A stretch of DNA of 64,000 nt, taken from contig CAWHAE010000009.1 in NCBI GenBank assembly GCA_963827235.1, forward strand, positions 1,088,001 to 1,152,000, read 5' to 3'. The notes under the pieces were generated by a model. That model saw only the letters and a list, made by a program, of their open reading frames with translations, was not told where the DNA came from and made no database searches. The DNA is from an uncultured bacterium (GTDB lineage Bacteria; Chloroflexota; UBA5177; JANWHV01). Below, one piece after another: positions 40,405 through 52,275 of this stretch (its first letter is position 1; the number at the start of each line of letters is the position of its first letter). The position numbers and the translations under genes are program-made.

Positions 40405-41043
40405 ATGACGACAGCGGCCAGAGACATCCATCGACGCACGTTTGCGATCGGAGACCTGCACGGCGAGGTCACGCTGTTGCGCCGCTTGATGCAGCAACTG
40501 CCCATCGATCCCGCCGATACCCTGGTGTTCCTCGGCGACTACCTGGACCGGGGAGAGGACTCCGCGGCCACTTTCGCCGAGCTACAACGCCTGACCGGGG
40601 ACTACGAGTGCGTCTTCCTGCGCGGCAATCACGAAGATGCCTGGCTCTCGGAATGGACCGGCACGGCATTCTCGCGCCAGCCGGCGATCGGCGGCGCACG
40701 GAAGGCTTGGAAGGATTTCGGCGGGCAGCCGCCAGCGGAGCTTGGGCGCTGGCTCGAGCAGACGCGCATCGAGTTCGAGGACGAGCATGCCTTCTACGTG
40801 CACGCGGGCGTCGTGCCCGGTCAGCCCTTCGCGCGCACGCCGGCCCTGCAAAAGCTCTGGGGCGCGGGCGGCTTCCTGGAGTCCAATTATGATTGGGGAA
40901 AGCCGGTCATATTCGGTCACTGGCACATGCCCGAGCCGTTACTGCAGCCGAACAAGATCGGACTGGATACGCATGCCTACGATACCGGCGTGTTGAGCGC
41001 GATCCGCATGCCGGAGCGGACGATTTTCCAGGCGCGTCGCTAG
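40405..41043 (+). CDS. Metallophosphoesterase (Ser/Thr protein phosphatase family)
   Basis: GDLHG, GDYLDRG, RGNHE, VHAG and FGH. Confidence 0.92.
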   Translation: MTTAARDIHRRTFAIGDLHGEVTLLRRLMQQLPIDPADTLVFLGDYLDRGEDSAATFAELQRLTGDYECVFLRGNHEDAWLSEWTGTAFSRQPAIGGARKAWKDFGGQPPAELGRWLEQTRIEFEDEHAFYVHAGVVPGQPFARTPALQKLWGAGGFLESNYDWGKPVIFGHWHMPEPLLQPNKIGLDTHAYDTGVLSAIRMPERTIFQARR

Positions 41044-41145
41044 ACGGGCGGTGCGCGCCCCGGGGGCGGCTGAGACCGAGTCGGGCGGCACCCCGCCGGC
41101 CGACTCGGTCCGCGCGATCGAGACGCGCCGAGGTGGCGCCAGCGC

Positions 41146-42450
41146 CTACTGGGGCTCGACGATCACGCCACTGAACAGCAGCGTGCCCGTCGTGTCGTCG
41201 CGAATGGCGCACAGGAAAGGCCGGTTGACAACCATGTGGAAGGCCGGCACGATCATGGCCGTGGCTCCTACGCCAATCGAGGTGACCGCCGCCGCCTCGG
41301 TTCCGCTCTCGTCGACGCGCATCACTGCCTTGTGCTGCACCCCGGTGATGAACGCGTGCTGGCCCTGCAGGATGCCCGGGAAGCTGGCCGTCGAGGGGCT
41401 GAAGGCCTGGGCCATGCCCATGGCCGAGAGCGTGGACTTGAGGCCCGCGGAGTAGGTCACCGAGAACCTCGGCATCTGGATGTTGCCGTGTTGCGGCTTC
41501 AGCCCGGCCAAGAGGGCGTTCCAGCCGGCCGGATTGAGCCGGCCGGCGAACGCCGGGGCGCTCGTGCCCGACGGAGGCAGCACGACGTACATAGCGAAGC
41601 CGCCGGCGCCGTAGGGCAGGCGAATGATCTCGGCGGCGGAGGACTTCACATGCATGAACTGGCCTGTCTGGTCCATCATCGGCACGGTCTTGGTTTTCCC
41701 CGATCCGGTGGTGAACGGCCCGGGCTGGGTCGCCGACTTGCTGAACAGCGCGCTCCAGGTTCCCTTGAAATAGAGCGCATCGATCAGCAGCAGCATGGTA
41801 TCCGCATCGATAGAGCCCACGATGGATGGGATCAGGCCGTGAGTCTGCTGATTGACCCAGGCATTGATGGTTGCCGGCGCCTTTGCGCTCTTGAAGTCAA
41901 GCGATTGCAGTGCCGCATTGTACGAGGAGCGCATGGCGGTCTTGAAGGCCGGTACTACCGTGGCACCCAGCCGCAGCCACATCGAGTTGGCGATGCTCAG
42001 CTTGATGTTCACGTCGCGCTGCTGCAACCCGAGCAACAGATCGAACATAGCCGAGTTAACGTCCTTCGGGAGCAAGGACTTGTATGCCAGCGTGCTTGCC
42101 ATGGCCTTCTGCGTCGCGCCCGCCGAGCCGTCATAGACCATTGCCAGGGCGGTGGCCACGCTGAGGGGCGAGAAGAACAGATTCTGGTTGGTCGCGCCCT
42201 TGAGCAGCGTACTTTGCAGTCGGAAGGCAAAGTCGAGGTTGGCGGTGGTGAGAGCGCTGACGGTGGCGGCGGAGCGGGTCGCAACGGCTGGCTCCGTATC
42301 CCTGGCGGCGGCAGCGGCAGACGCGAGCCCCTGCCAGGATCGCGGCCCAAACGCCATCCCGGCGCCCAAGCTGCCCGCGGCCGTCAGGCTCGCTTTGAGA
42401 ACGGACTTGCGTGTATGGCACCCGGCGAGATCGAGTGGAAAGTAGGGCAT
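41146..42450 (-). CDS. Serpin family protease inhibitor with Tat-like signal
   Basis: NLFFSPLS, INAWV..QTHGLI, ALYFKGTW, hinge ESGTEAAAVT, VNRPF; N-terminal TRKSVLK plus hydrophobic stretch. Confidence 0.92.
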   Translation of the reverse strand: MPYFPLDLAGCHTRKSVLKASLTAAGSLGAGMAFGPRSWQGLASAAAAARDTEPAVATRSAATVSALTTANLDFAFRLQSTLLKGATNQNLFFSPLSVATALAMVYDGSAGATQKAMASTLAYKSLLPKDVNSAMFDLLLGLQQRDVNIKLSIANSMWLRLGATVVPAFKTAMRSSYNAALQSLDFKSAKAPATINAWVNQQTHGLIPSIVGSIDADTMLLLIDALYFKGTWSALFSKSATQPGPFTTGSGKTKTVPMMDQTGQFMHVKSSAAEIIRLPYGAGGFAMYVVLPPSGTSAPAFAGRLNPAGWNALLAGLKPQHGNIQMPRFSVTYSAGLKSTLSAMGMAQAFSPSTASFPGILQGQHAFITGVQHKAVMRVDESGTEAAAVTSIGVGATAMIVPAFHMVVNRPFLCAIRDDTTGTLLFSGVIVEPQ

Positions 42451-42610
42451 CGTAGACTCCTTTTGAGCAGAGGAATATCGATCGGCTGCCTGCTTCCCTA
42501 AGGAAGAGGCCTGTAGTGTGAACGCGTGAGGGTGCGTTATGGTCACGGTACACCCGCAGCGGCCCGGCCGCCAGATCCGCGGTCTTGCCGGTCCGCGTGC
42601 ATGCCCGATG

Positions 42611-43759
42611 CTACAGCGCCTGCGACAGGATCTCGTGCATCTGGGCGTGTGTGAGCTTCACCGGGTTGGCCAGCATGCTACTGGCTACCGCGGACTTCTC
42701 GATCAATGCAGGGAAGTCTCCGGCACTGATGCCGTAGGCGGCCAGCCGAGGAATTGCCAGATCCTCGACGAGCTGTGCCACCCAGGCTACTCCGCGGCAC
42801 GCCGTGGCTCGCGGATCCCCCGTGAGGCAGCGGCCTATCTCGTCGTAGCGAGCACGTGTCTCGCTCGCGTCTTCGCCCAGCGACTGCACGTTTGCCGCCA
42901 TCACCAGGGGCAGAAGGCGCGCGCAGACGGCGCCGTGGGGGGCCGAGAACATGCCTCCCACCGGGCCGGCGAAGCCATGCGCGGCGCCCAGCCCGGCGTT
43001 AGCCAGGGCCAGGCCGCCGAACAGGCTGGCCACGGCCATGTCTTCGCGCGCGGACGCGTCATCTCCATCAGCGTAGGCCCGGCGAAGCGAACGCGCGATA
43101 CGCTCCATGCCGTCCCGGCACAGGGCATCGGTCACAGGGCTGGCTTTGGCGTTGACGAAAGGCTCGATGAGCTGTGTGAGCGCGTCCAGGCCCGAAGATG
43201 CGGTGACGGCTGGGGGCAGGCCGTGTGTGAGCACCGGGTCGACGATGGCCAGACGCGGCAGCATCATCGGGCTGCGCAGGCTGACCTTGACCCTGTGCTC
43301 GGGCGACGCCAGCACGGCACTGCGGGTGACCTCGGTGCCCGTGCCGGCCGTGGTGGGGATCGCGATGCAAGGCACGGGCGGATTGACGACCGGCTTACCG
43401 CGGCCGATCACCTCCAGGTAGTCTTCAATCTCGCCCGGATTGGCCAGCAGCACGGCGATCGCTTTTGCCGCGTCCAGCACGCTGCCGCCGCCGAAGCCGA
43501 TCACCAGGTCGCAGTGCTCCCGGCGGGCCTGCTCGATGCCGGCAAGCACCAGCACGGTGGTCGGCTCACCGGGGATGCGCTGGATCGCGGTGGCGACGCC
43601 GTGCCGCGCGAGCACGTCAAGCAGGGCTGCCGCGCGCTCGGTCGACCGGCCGAGCACGACCAGGGCGCGGCTACCCAGAGCTGCCGCGGCCGGTCCGGCC
43701 TGTTCGAGCGTACCGGCGCCGAAGACAATGCGCGCCGCCGTGGCGAATTCGAAACGCAT
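42611..43759 (-). CDS. Iron-containing alcohol dehydrogenase
   Basis: GGGSVLDAAK, PTTAGTGTE, DALTQLIE, GAAHG and HGAVCA. Confidence 0.92.
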   Translation of the reverse strand: MRFEFATAARIVFGAGTLEQAGPAAAALGSRALVVLGRSTERAAALLDVLARHGVATAIQRIPGEPTTVLVLAGIEQARREHCDLVIGFGGGSVLDAAKAIAVLLANPGEIEDYLEVIGRGKPVVNPPVPCIAIPTTAGTGTEVTRSAVLASPEHRVKVSLRSPMMLPRLAIVDPVLTHGLPPAVTASSGLDALTQLIEPFVNAKASPVTDALCRDGMERIARSLRRAYADGDDASAREDMAVASLFGGLALANAGLGAAHGFAGPVGGMFSAPHGAVCARLLPLVMAANVQSLGEDASETRARYDEIGRCLTGDPRATACRGVAWVAQLVEDLAIPRLAAYGISAGDFPALIEKSAVASSMLANPVKLTHAQMHEILSQAL

Positions 43760-43805
43760 GAACTCTCTCCTCACTCAGCGGGGGCGATGGGCAGGCGGCC
43801 GATCG

Positions 43806-44114
43806 CTATCCCCAGCCGGCATCGTCGGGAAAGACGTTCGCGTACTTGACGCCGGACCGGGGCTCAGCCATCATGCCGGCAACCGTATCGCGCCAGATCC
43901 GGTAGTGCGCGGTTTCCTTATGCCTGTCCGCGTCTTCGGGCGTGCGGTAGACTTCGACGAGCACGAATCGGGTTTCGTCGTCGGCCTGCTGGATCACGTC
44001 AAAGCGCGCCACGCCCGGTTCCTCGGCGCTCTGGCGCGCATTCTCCTTTGAAGCCAAGCGAAAGTCCTGCACCGACACCGGTTTGACGCGTACATGCACG
44101 TGGACGATATACAC
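43806..44114 (-). CDS. Antibiotic biosynthesis monooxygenase / LsrG-like protein
   Basis: EPGVARFDV...FVLVEVY...HKETAHY. Confidence 0.85.
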   Translation of the reverse strand: MYIVHVHVRVKPVSVQDFRLASKENARQSAEEPGVARFDVIQQADDETRFVLVEVYRTPEDADRHKETAHYRIWRDTVAGMMAEPRSGVKYANVFPDDAGWG

Positions 44115-44213
44115 GCCGGCGCTCCTTTCAGCCGAGGCAAACGATGGCGTACCACACGCCTGGAGTCATTGTAGCGTCGCCCGCCGCGCGCCGGCCGGTC
44201 GACAGAGACCGGC

Positions 44214-44696
44214 CTAGTCTCCGATGGTGACGATGCTGTCGCGCTCGCAGATTCGCTGCGCGTAGACGCCCCTGGAGTAGGTCTCCATGGTTTCGCCGCA
44301 CACGGGGCAGCGCGTGATTGGCTGGAAGTCCGGCAGCGTCTGGTCCTGGAAGTACCAGTAGTAGCAGCGGCGCACGCGATCGATCGCCTGCTGCACCAGC
44401 CGGCCGCGCACGTTGGCGGCGCTCCCGAGGTCTGAAAGCTGCTCGCGTGCCCACTGCTCGTAGGAGCCCGCTTCTAACCACAGCCAATCCAGAGCATCGT
44501 AGCTGTGCCGCCAGTCGGCCAGGGCCTCGGCGACAGGGCGCGACAGGGCCAGCCGCTCCGTGGGCACATCGCGGTGACAGGCCATGCAGTGAAGGGGACT
44601 GGCGCTGAGTGTCGACATCAGCTTCAGCGGGGAGTCGGTGCACCGGCAGAGCTCGTAGCTCGGGGCGAATTCGGGGGGCTCCAGGCGAGCGTACAT
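44214..44696 (-). CDS. Zn-ribbon protein (DUF2310-like)
   Basis: CRC, CMAC, CPVC and CERD clusters; WLEAGSYEQWAREQLSD. Confidence 0.65.
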   Translation of the reverse strand: MYARLEPPEFAPSYELCRCTDSPLKLMSTLSASPLHCMACHRDVPTERLALSRPVAEALADWRHSYDALDWLWLEAGSYEQWAREQLSDLGSAANVRGRLVQQAIDRVRRCYYWYFQDQTLPDFQPITRCPVCGETMETYSRGVYAQRICERDSIVTIGD

Positions 44697-45142
44697 TCTT
44701 CCAGTTCCCTGCTTCCGATACGATGCGGCGGGCGGGCGCTGCCCCCTGTGCGAACGAGCCACGAGTGCCCGAGGCATGAGACCTCCGGCCACGCCGCGCT
44801 CACCGTCCGCCGGACGGGCCGCGGGCGATAGACCGAGCATGAAGCGATATCCGGCAGGGTGCCCGCACGCCATTCGATGGGCAGTTATCCACGGCTCGCG
44901 CCGACGTGTGCAATCATACAGGGAGAGGGGCTGAAGCGGGAAGCTGCACATAATACTGGTCGAACTGGGTTTTCGCCTGGGAACGGCCCAGCCGGGGCCG
45001 CTGGGATCGGCGGTTGTCCGCGCTTTCTCCGCACGCCGGGCAAGCCATCTGCGAGAATGGGAGGAGACGGTTCGGGCCCGGCATCGTAGAATCAGGGTGT
45101 GACCAACCTGGCTGGAGATGTTCGGTGGCACAGTTTACCGGT

Positions 45143-46546
45143 ATGCTCACCGTGCGTTGCCGGGATCTCGAGGATCCGGGTGGCTTTTACCGCGCCTATC
45201 ACCGGCGCTTGCTGGCGGGCTTCCGCTTCGTATTTGACGATCCGCGTCTGGGAGAGTCGGACTCGTTGGCGACACTGCTCGGCCGCATACGCGAGATGCC
45301 GGCCCCGGCCGAGTTCCTGAACCTGATCGCGCGGGATCCCGACGGCAGAATCCGTGCCGCGGTGGCCGGAAACGCCGCCCTGCCGCTGGAAAGCGTGCAA
45401 GCTCTGGCCTCGGACGCCGTGCCGCTGGTGCGCCGCGGCGCTGCTACTCACCCGTGGGCACCGCCGGCACTCCTGCGCGGGTTGGCGAAGGACCCGGAGG
45501 AGATGGTGCGCGAACAGGTGGCGATACATCTGGCCACGCCGCCCGACGTCCTGGTCGAGCTCACCCACCAGGCGGTGGTGCGGAACGAGCTGTACGGCTA
45601 CCTGGCGGCCATCGCGGAGCATCCGCGGACGCCGATGCAGGCCCTCACCCTGCTTGCGCTGGTGCCGTTCCGAGACGGCTGGTTGGTGGCCAGGCGGCGC
45701 GATCTGCCGCCGCAGGCGAAGGACCGCATCGTGGAATCGGCGCCCGACCGCTGCCGCGCGGAGCTGGCTCGCAATCCGTCACTCGACGCGGCGACGCTCT
45801 CGCGCCTGTCCGCGGACTCCTCTCCCATGGTGCGCATTGCCGTGCTCAAGAATCCTGCCACGGCGCGGGAGACGTCTGAGGGCTTGCTCTCCGATCCTGA
45901 TCCTGCCGTTCGCGCGGCCAATCCGCTTTCGACCTCGGCCGAGCTGATCAGGCTGATCGACGTGCGATCGCGCGCGGTCGCCGAACAGGTGGCCGGAAAC
46001 CCGTCAACACCGCCTGCCCTGCTAGACCGCATCGCGCGCATGTGGGACTCGGACGCGCACGCCGCCCTGGCTGCAAATCCCTCCGCCCCGCCGCAGACTC
46101 TCGAGCACCTCTACCACGCCGGCGGCGAAGCGGTGAAGCGGGCCTGCCTGGCAAACACCTCGTGCCCGCCTCAGCTCTTGCGCTCGCGCGCCGGGGCGCA
46201 GCACGCTGCGGTTCGGGCGGTGGTGGCGAGGAATCCGGCCACGCCGCGAGACGTGCTCGACTCGCTGACCGGCGACCCTTCCCCTCAGGTGATCAATGCG
46301 CTGGCCGGGAACCCCTCGCTGCCGCAGTCCGCGCTCAGGCACGTGCTCCATCTCTCGGGCGGAGCCGCACCCAATCCGCTGGCGCCGCCGGAGAGTCTCT
46401 GGCAGCTTGCCATCTACGAGAACGACGACAACTTCAGCCAGCGCCGGCAGGTATTCGCCAATCCGGCCTTCGCCCAGGTGTACGCCACCGTGACTACCTG
46501 GCGCGAGGATACTGCCGATCGGCCGGAGATGCCTCCAGCGCCGTAG
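45143..46546 (+). CDS. Leucine-rich repeat variant / HEAT-like repeat protein
   Basis: Repeated VRxAVAxNPxTPxxxLxxL units. Confidence 0.8.
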   Translation: MLTVRCRDLEDPGGFYRAYHRRLLAGFRFVFDDPRLGESDSLATLLGRIREMPAPAEFLNLIARDPDGRIRAAVAGNAALPLESVQALASDAVPLVRRGAATHPWAPPALLRGLAKDPEEMVREQVAIHLATPPDVLVELTHQAVVRNELYGYLAAIAEHPRTPMQALTLLALVPFRDGWLVARRRDLPPQAKDRIVESAPDRCRAELARNPSLDAATLSRLSADSSPMVRIAVLKNPATARETSEGLLSDPDPAVRAANPLSTSAELIRLIDVRSRAVAEQVAGNPSTPPALLDRIARMWDSDAHAALAANPSAPPQTLEHLYHAGGEAVKRACLANTSCPPQLLRSRAGAQHAAVRAVVARNPATPRDVLDSLTGDPSPQVINALAGNPSLPQSALRHVLHLSGGAAPNPLAPPESLWQLAIYENDDNFSQRRQVFANPAFAQVYATVTTWREDTADRPEMPPAP

Positions 46547-46651
46547 GGCCCGGAAGCGCGCTACGAACACGGCTGAGCGGCCGTGGATCCTGCACTCCTC
46601 GGCCGCTCAGGTGTTCCGCAGCGGGGCGCACGGGGGCGCCTTGGGGAAAGA

Positions 46652-47545
46652 TCAGTTCAGGTATTCGCGCAGGCCGCCCTGCTCGCCGACTTCGCGAAGA
46701 TGGGAGAGCGCCGCCGTCTCGAGCTGCCGGATCCGCTCCCTGGTCAGGCCGAAGGCACCGCTGACCTCTTTCAGCGTGCGAGGCCGGCCGTCGGACAGGC
46801 CGTACCGCAGATCGATGACCTTCCGCTCCCGCTCGGGCAACGAGCCCACCAGCATGACGAGGCGGTCGCGCAGAATGCTGTTCTCGGCTGCCGCGGCCGG
46901 CGAGATGGCGTCGGTGTCCTCTACCGCTTCGGCCAGGGAGGCATCGTTATCCTCTCCCACCGTGCGCTCCAGCGACAGCGGTTGGGCGACCATCTTCACC
47001 ATCTCCACGACCTTGCTGGAGGGTAGATTGGCGGCCTGAGCCACTACCTCCGCCTCGCGCCCCTCGGGCGAGTCGCCATCTTCCTGCTCCTGCTCGACCA
47101 GCCGCATGGTGCGGTTGAGCCGCGAGATGCCTTCGGTGATGTGCACCGGGACCCGGATCGTCTGCCCCTGGTTGGCGATGGCGCGGGTTACCGCCTGGCG
47201 AATCCACCAGATGGCATAGGTAGAGAAGCGGTGGCCGCGCCGGTAATCGAACTTGCTCGCCGCGCGGATGAGGCCGATATTCCCTTCCTGCACGAGGTCG
47301 AGCAGGGAGAGGCCCTCATTCCGGTAGCGTTTCGCCACGCTGACCACAAGGCGCAGGTTAGACTCGACCATGACGCGGAGCGCCTCTTCATCTCCGGAGG
47401 CGATTCGCTCACCGAGCTCGAGCTCTTGTTGCGGGGTCAATCGAGGAGTGCGGCTGATTTCGCGCAGGTACAGCAGCGTGCCGTCCTCGGCGTAGCCGGT
47501 ATTCCTCGATGTGTCCAAAGCGGGAGTGCTCACGGCAGACCTCAT
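46652..47545 (-). CDS. RpoD/RpoS-family sigma-70 factor lacking region 1.1
   Basis: [39 protein letters not shown] and [10 protein letters not shown]. Confidence 0.92.
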   Translation of the reverse strand: MRSAVSTPALDTSRNTGYAEDGTLLYLREISRTPRLTPQQELELGERIASGDEEALRVMVESNLRLVVSVAKRYRNEGLSLLDLVQEGNIGLIRAASKFDYRRGHRFSTYAIWWIRQAVTRAIANQGQTIRVPVHITEGISRLNRTMRLVEQEQEDGDSPEGREAEVVAQAANLPSSKVVEMVKMVAQPLSLERTVGEDNDASLAEAVEDTDAISPAAAAENSILRDRLVMLVGSLPERERKVIDLRYGLSDGRPRTLKEVSGAFGLTRERIRQLETAALSHLREVGEQGGLREYLN

Positions 47546-48051
47546 ATTCTCGTACGACGGTAACTTCAGCTAGCGCCACCGCCCCACCAAGTAAGGTCTG
47601 CACAAAGTACCCGCGCTCCGTTGCGTGTGCCTCCAGACCTTCCGCCGATTGCTACGCGTCCGCGCCTCAATCGGATGCTTGGACAGTTGGCGACGGCTCC
47701 AGTACCTACTGTACAACACCTGTATAGGTTTTGTCTATATCCTGTGGGGATCAAATCGCTAACTTCGACACAACTTCGACAGGACTTGCCGTGCCGATCG
47801 CGCGGAGCCGCGGGATCCACGACGGGCGGGATATGGTAGTATTTGGCGGTGGCGGGCCGGCCCGACCTTTGGTCGTCGGCGGGCCACGAAGCGGGCGAGC
47901 CGCCGTCGGAGTGGTGTCTTGCATCTGTCCGCCCGGACGATCGCGGGCGAATGTGACTCACCCGCGCCGGGCCGGCTGCATGATCCCGACGGCTCGCGGC
48001 AGGGCGCGTAGCTGGTGCGAGATGGCGTACTAGAATCTGGTGTGTAGGCGA

Positions 48052-49005
48052 GTGCGGGTACTGATCACAGGGGCCATGGGTTTTGCCGGCAGCCATCTGA
48101 CGGACCAGTGCGTGGCAGAGGGCTGGGAGGTGCACGGCACCTGTATCGAGGCCGAGCTGCGTCTGCCCAGGAGACCCGGCCTCACGCCTTACTGCGTGGA
48201 CCTGCTGGACGCCACGGCGGTGCGCAGGGTGGTGGCGGAGGTGCAGCCGGATCGTTTGTTCCACCTTGCCGCGCAGGCTTCGGTGGCCGCCGCCTGGGCA
48301 GATCCGGCAAAGACGCTGACCGACAATCTGGTGATGACCTTTCGCGTGCTGGATGCCGTGCGTTTGGAGGCGCCGCGGGCGCGCGTGCTCACGATCGGCA
48401 GCAGCGAGGAGTACGGCGTCGTCGATCCGGTGCGCTACCCGATCGCGGAGAGCCAGCCGCTACAGCCTGTCGATCCCTATGGCGTGAGCAAGGTAGCCTG
48501 CGAGACACTGGCGCGCCAGCACGTCTATGCCTATGGCATGCACGTGGTGTGCGCGCGGCCCTTCAACCACATCGGCCCGCGCCAGCGGCGCGGCTTCGTC
48601 TTGCCCGATTTCGCGGCGCAGATCGCCGCCATCGAGCGAGGCGATCTGCCGCCCATACTGAAGGTGGGCAATGTCGACGCCGCCCGAGATTTCACGGATG
48701 TGCGGGACGTGGTGCGCGGCTACCGCTTGATGCTCGAAGCCGGTGAGCCGGGTACCGCTTATAACGTCTGCACCGGTCGCGCTTTGCGCATAGCCGACAT
48801 GCTCGACACGCTTGTCCGCGCCTGCACGGTGCCGGTGCGTATCGAGCAGGATCCCGCGTTGATGCGCCCTATCGATCGTCCAGCCTCGATCGGGAGCTCC
48901 GCGGCGTTGCGGGCCATCTCGGGGTGGAGCCCCGTTGTCCCTGCAGAGCAGTCCGTGCTCGACACCCTGGAGTACTGGAGAGCCGAGGCGCCGGCCTCCA
49001 GGTGA
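48052..49005 (+). CDS. rmd: GDP-4-dehydro-6-deoxy-D-mannose reductase-like NAD-dependent epimerase/dehydratase
   Basis: ITGAMGFAGSH, YGVSK, RPFNHIGPRQ and RDFTDVRDVV; adjacent to gmd. Confidence 0.75.
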   Translation: MRVLITGAMGFAGSHLTDQCVAEGWEVHGTCIEAELRLPRRPGLTPYCVDLLDATAVRRVVAEVQPDRLFHLAAQASVAAAWADPAKTLTDNLVMTFRVLDAVRLEAPRARVLTIGSSEEYGVVDPVRYPIAESQPLQPVDPYGVSKVACETLARQHVYAYGMHVVCARPFNHIGPRQRRGFVLPDFAAQIAAIERGDLPPILKVGNVDAARDFTDVRDVVRGYRLMLEAGEPGTAYNVCTGRALRIADMLDTLVRACTVPVRIEQDPALMRPIDRPASIGSSAALRAISGWSPVVPAEQSVLDTLEYWRAEAPASR

Positions 49006-49025
49006 GCCGGTGCCCACCATCGTAG

Positions 49026-50015
<990 letters not shown>

Positions 50016-50032
50016 GATAGGCCCGACCAGGA

Positions 50033-50107
50033 ATATCCACACTTTTGTTATGTATATTGCCAGTTATCCCCAGCACATGGCCGAGTTATCCACAGGTACG
50101 TGGATAA
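50033..50107. promoter_or_regulatory. Cluster of four DnaA-box-like 9-mers
   Basis: ATATCCACA (50033), TTATCCCCA (50064), TTATCCACA (50086, perfect) and CGTGGATAA (50099, reverse), next to an AT-rich patch. Confidence 0.6.
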
Positions 50108-50926
50108 CGGGCGTGCTTCATCGAGGCTGAGAACCCCCGTTAAAGAGGGGGTCTTCCGGGTCGGATCCCGCCGGTTGGGCTCGACCGGGGGACGGACACC
50201 AGCCTCAGCCGCCTGCCAGGAGGCGATCAGTAACCGCTCTCTTGCGCTCAGCTCGACAGCCGTGAGCAAATCGGGACGCCGCTCCCAGGTACGGCGCAAG
50301 GCCTGTTCGCGCCGCCAGCGAGCGATTGCAGCGTGGTTACCGGAAAGAAGTATATCCGGAACGGGCCAGCCGCGGTAGACCGGCGGCCGCGTGAACTGGG
50401 GATATTCGAGCAAGCCTGCTTGGTGCGACTCTTCTACGGTCGATTCCTGGTCGATAACGCCGGGGAGCAACCTGATCACCGCGTCCACCACGGCCATGGC
50501 GGCGATTTCGCCCCCGCTGAGGACGAAGTCGCCCAGCGAGATCTCCTCGGTAGCCAGGTGTTCCCGCACGCGCTCGTCCACACCCTCGTAGTGGCCGCAG
50601 ATCAGGCCAATCGCATGCTCCGCCGCCAGCCTGCGGGCCACGGACTGGCTGAACCTGTTTCCCTGTGGCGTCAGCAGGATGACGGGCGATCCGGCGGGCA
50701 GTGCGGCCGCCTCGACGGAGGCAAAGAGTGGGCCCGGCTGCAGGACCATGCCGGCACCGCCGCCGTAGGGGTAGTCGTCGACCGTGTGGTGCCGGTCGAG
50801 CGCCATCTCGCGGAAGTTATACAGGTCGATGCGCGCCAGACCGCGCGCCACTGCCCGGCCGACGATGCTCTGCCCGAACGGTCCGGAGAACATCTCGGGA
50901 AAGAGCGTGAACACGGCGAAGCGCAT
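50048..50926 (-). CDS. trmD: tRNA (guanine-N1)-methyltransferase
   Basis: TLFPEMF, VDDYPYGGGAGM, CGHYEGVDERV, SLGDFVLSGGE, LLEYPQFTRP and LLSGNH; the C-terminal ~50 aa look non-conserved. Confidence 0.95.
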   Translation of the reverse strand: MRFAVFTLFPEMFSGPFGQSIVGRAVARGLARIDLYNFREMALDRHHTVDDYPYGGGAGMVLQPGPLFASVEAAALPAGSPVILLTPQGNRFSQSVARRLAAEHAIGLICGHYEGVDERVREHLATEEISLGDFVLSGGEIAAMAVVDAVIRLLPGVIDQESTVEESHQAGLLEYPQFTRPPVYRGWPVPDILLSGNHAAIARWRREQALRRTWERRPDLLTAVELSARERLLIASWQAAEAGVRPPVEPNRRDPTRKTPSLTGVLSLDEARPLSTYLWITRPCAGDNWQYT

Positions 50927-51177
50927 TCGTCACCCCTCCGCGTCTAGCAGCTTGCCAACAACCAATCATCACGGTTGGATACGGCTTGACACGACGGCCC
51001 CGTGTCGGCTGGCCGACACCGCCGTGCCGAGGTACTGCCAACGTTCTCAGCTGACAGGCGCGAGGGCACGTTGTCGAACGGACGCCCGATCTCTCTGCCA
51101 AGTCCCCGCTGCAGGCACGGCGCTGCATGCTGAAGCCTGTCTGGGCGCTTTCGCGCCTGCCGGGAGATGTTCGCCAA

Positions 51178-51711
51178 TCACTCGAGCAGGCCCTCGATCG
51201 GCTCCACGATCAGGCGCTTGTTCTGCAGATCTATGCTGCGAACAACGTCCTTGAGGGCGGGAATGAGCACTTCGGTCGCACCCATGCGCGCGACGTAGAC
51301 ATCGTTGCTGCCGGTCGCGAGAACCTCGACGATGGCGCCGAGGTGTTGGCCCCCAGTGGTATACGCTTCCAGGCCGATGATCTGATCGTGGTAGTAGCGA
51401 CCTTCCGGCAGCGGCATGACCTCCGAGCGGCGCACGCAGATCGGTACGTCGAAGAGCGCCTGCGCGGCGTCGCGGCTCGCCACACCATCCAGGTAGAGGG
51501 CCAGGCGATCGCCGATCGGCCGCACGGCGAGCACCGTAGCCGGGCGGTGGTCGTCGCCCAGGTAGACGATCTGCTGCGGCGTGAAGCGATCCGGAAAATC
51601 CGTGTACAGGTCAACTTTCAGCTCGCCGCGCACCCCGAAGGCACCCGCGATGACGCCGACGACGACCCAATCCTCGACGGGGGAGCCGGCGCCATCGCCC
51701 TCCGACGTCAA
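51178..51711 (-). CDS. rimM: 16S rRNA processing protein RimM
   Basis: VGVIAGAFGVRGELKV, YYHDQIIGL, TGSNDVYV and LIPAL; operon context. Confidence 0.93.
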   Translation of the reverse strand: MTSEGDGAGSPVEDWVVVGVIAGAFGVRGELKVDLYTDFPDRFTPQQIVYLGDDHRPATVLAVRPIGDRLALYLDGVASRDAAQALFDVPICVRRSEVMPLPEGRYYHDQIIGLEAYTTGGQHLGAIVEVLATGSNDVYVARMGATEVLIPALKDVVRSIDLQNKRLIVEPIEGLLE

Positions 51712-51935
51712 ACGATCTCCAGCACGGCTCGCTGGCCCTGGCGGACCGACGCCACCTTGAGCAGCGAGCGGATGGCGGTGGCGATCCGTCCCTGGCGCCC
51801 AATCACCTTGCCCATGTCCTCTGGGGCGACCTGCAGGCGATAGATCATCACGCCGTTGTCGTCGACTTCGGTGACCTGCACCTGGTCGGGCTGTGTCACG
51901 AGGGAGCGCGCGATGTACTCAATAAGCTCTCGCAC
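51708..51935 (-). CDS. khpA: KH domain RNA-binding protein
   Basis: LIEYIARSLV...DMGKVIGRQGR; lies between rpsP and rimM. Confidence 0.92.
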   Translation of the reverse strand: MRELIEYIARSLVTQPDQVQVTEVDDNGVMIYRLQVAPEDMGKVIGRQGRIATAIRSLLKVASVRQGQRAVLEIV

Positions 51936-51981
51936 CGGACAACCTCCTCAGTACCGATATCGTTCGGCCTACCCTGAGCTA

Positions 51982-52275
51982 CTACTTGTCCGTGGCTGCA
52001 ACGGCCTCGGCGGGCACTGCCGCCGCGCCCGATCGTTCCACGATGCCGGCGCGCGAAAGCAAGCTGACTACGCTCTCACTGGGCTTGGCGCCCTTCGCAA
52101 TCCATGCCAGGGCCTTCTCTTTATTGATCACGATCTCCGACGGCTCGACGCGAGGATTGTAGTGGCCGATGATCTCGATGAAACGGCCATCACGCGGCGA
52201 CCGCGAATCCGCGACCACGACACGATAGTACGGCTGGCCCTTGGCGCCCACGCGGCGCAGACGAATCCTGACCAA
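51982..52275 (-). CDS. rpsP: 30S ribosomal protein S16
   Basis: TTG start after GGAGGA; [33 protein letters not shown]. Confidence 0.96.
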   Translation of the reverse strand: MVRIRLRRVGAKGQPYYRVVVADSRSPRDGRFIEIIGHYNPRVEPSEIVINKEKALAWIAKGAKPSESVVSLLSRAGIVERSGAAAVPAEAVAATDK

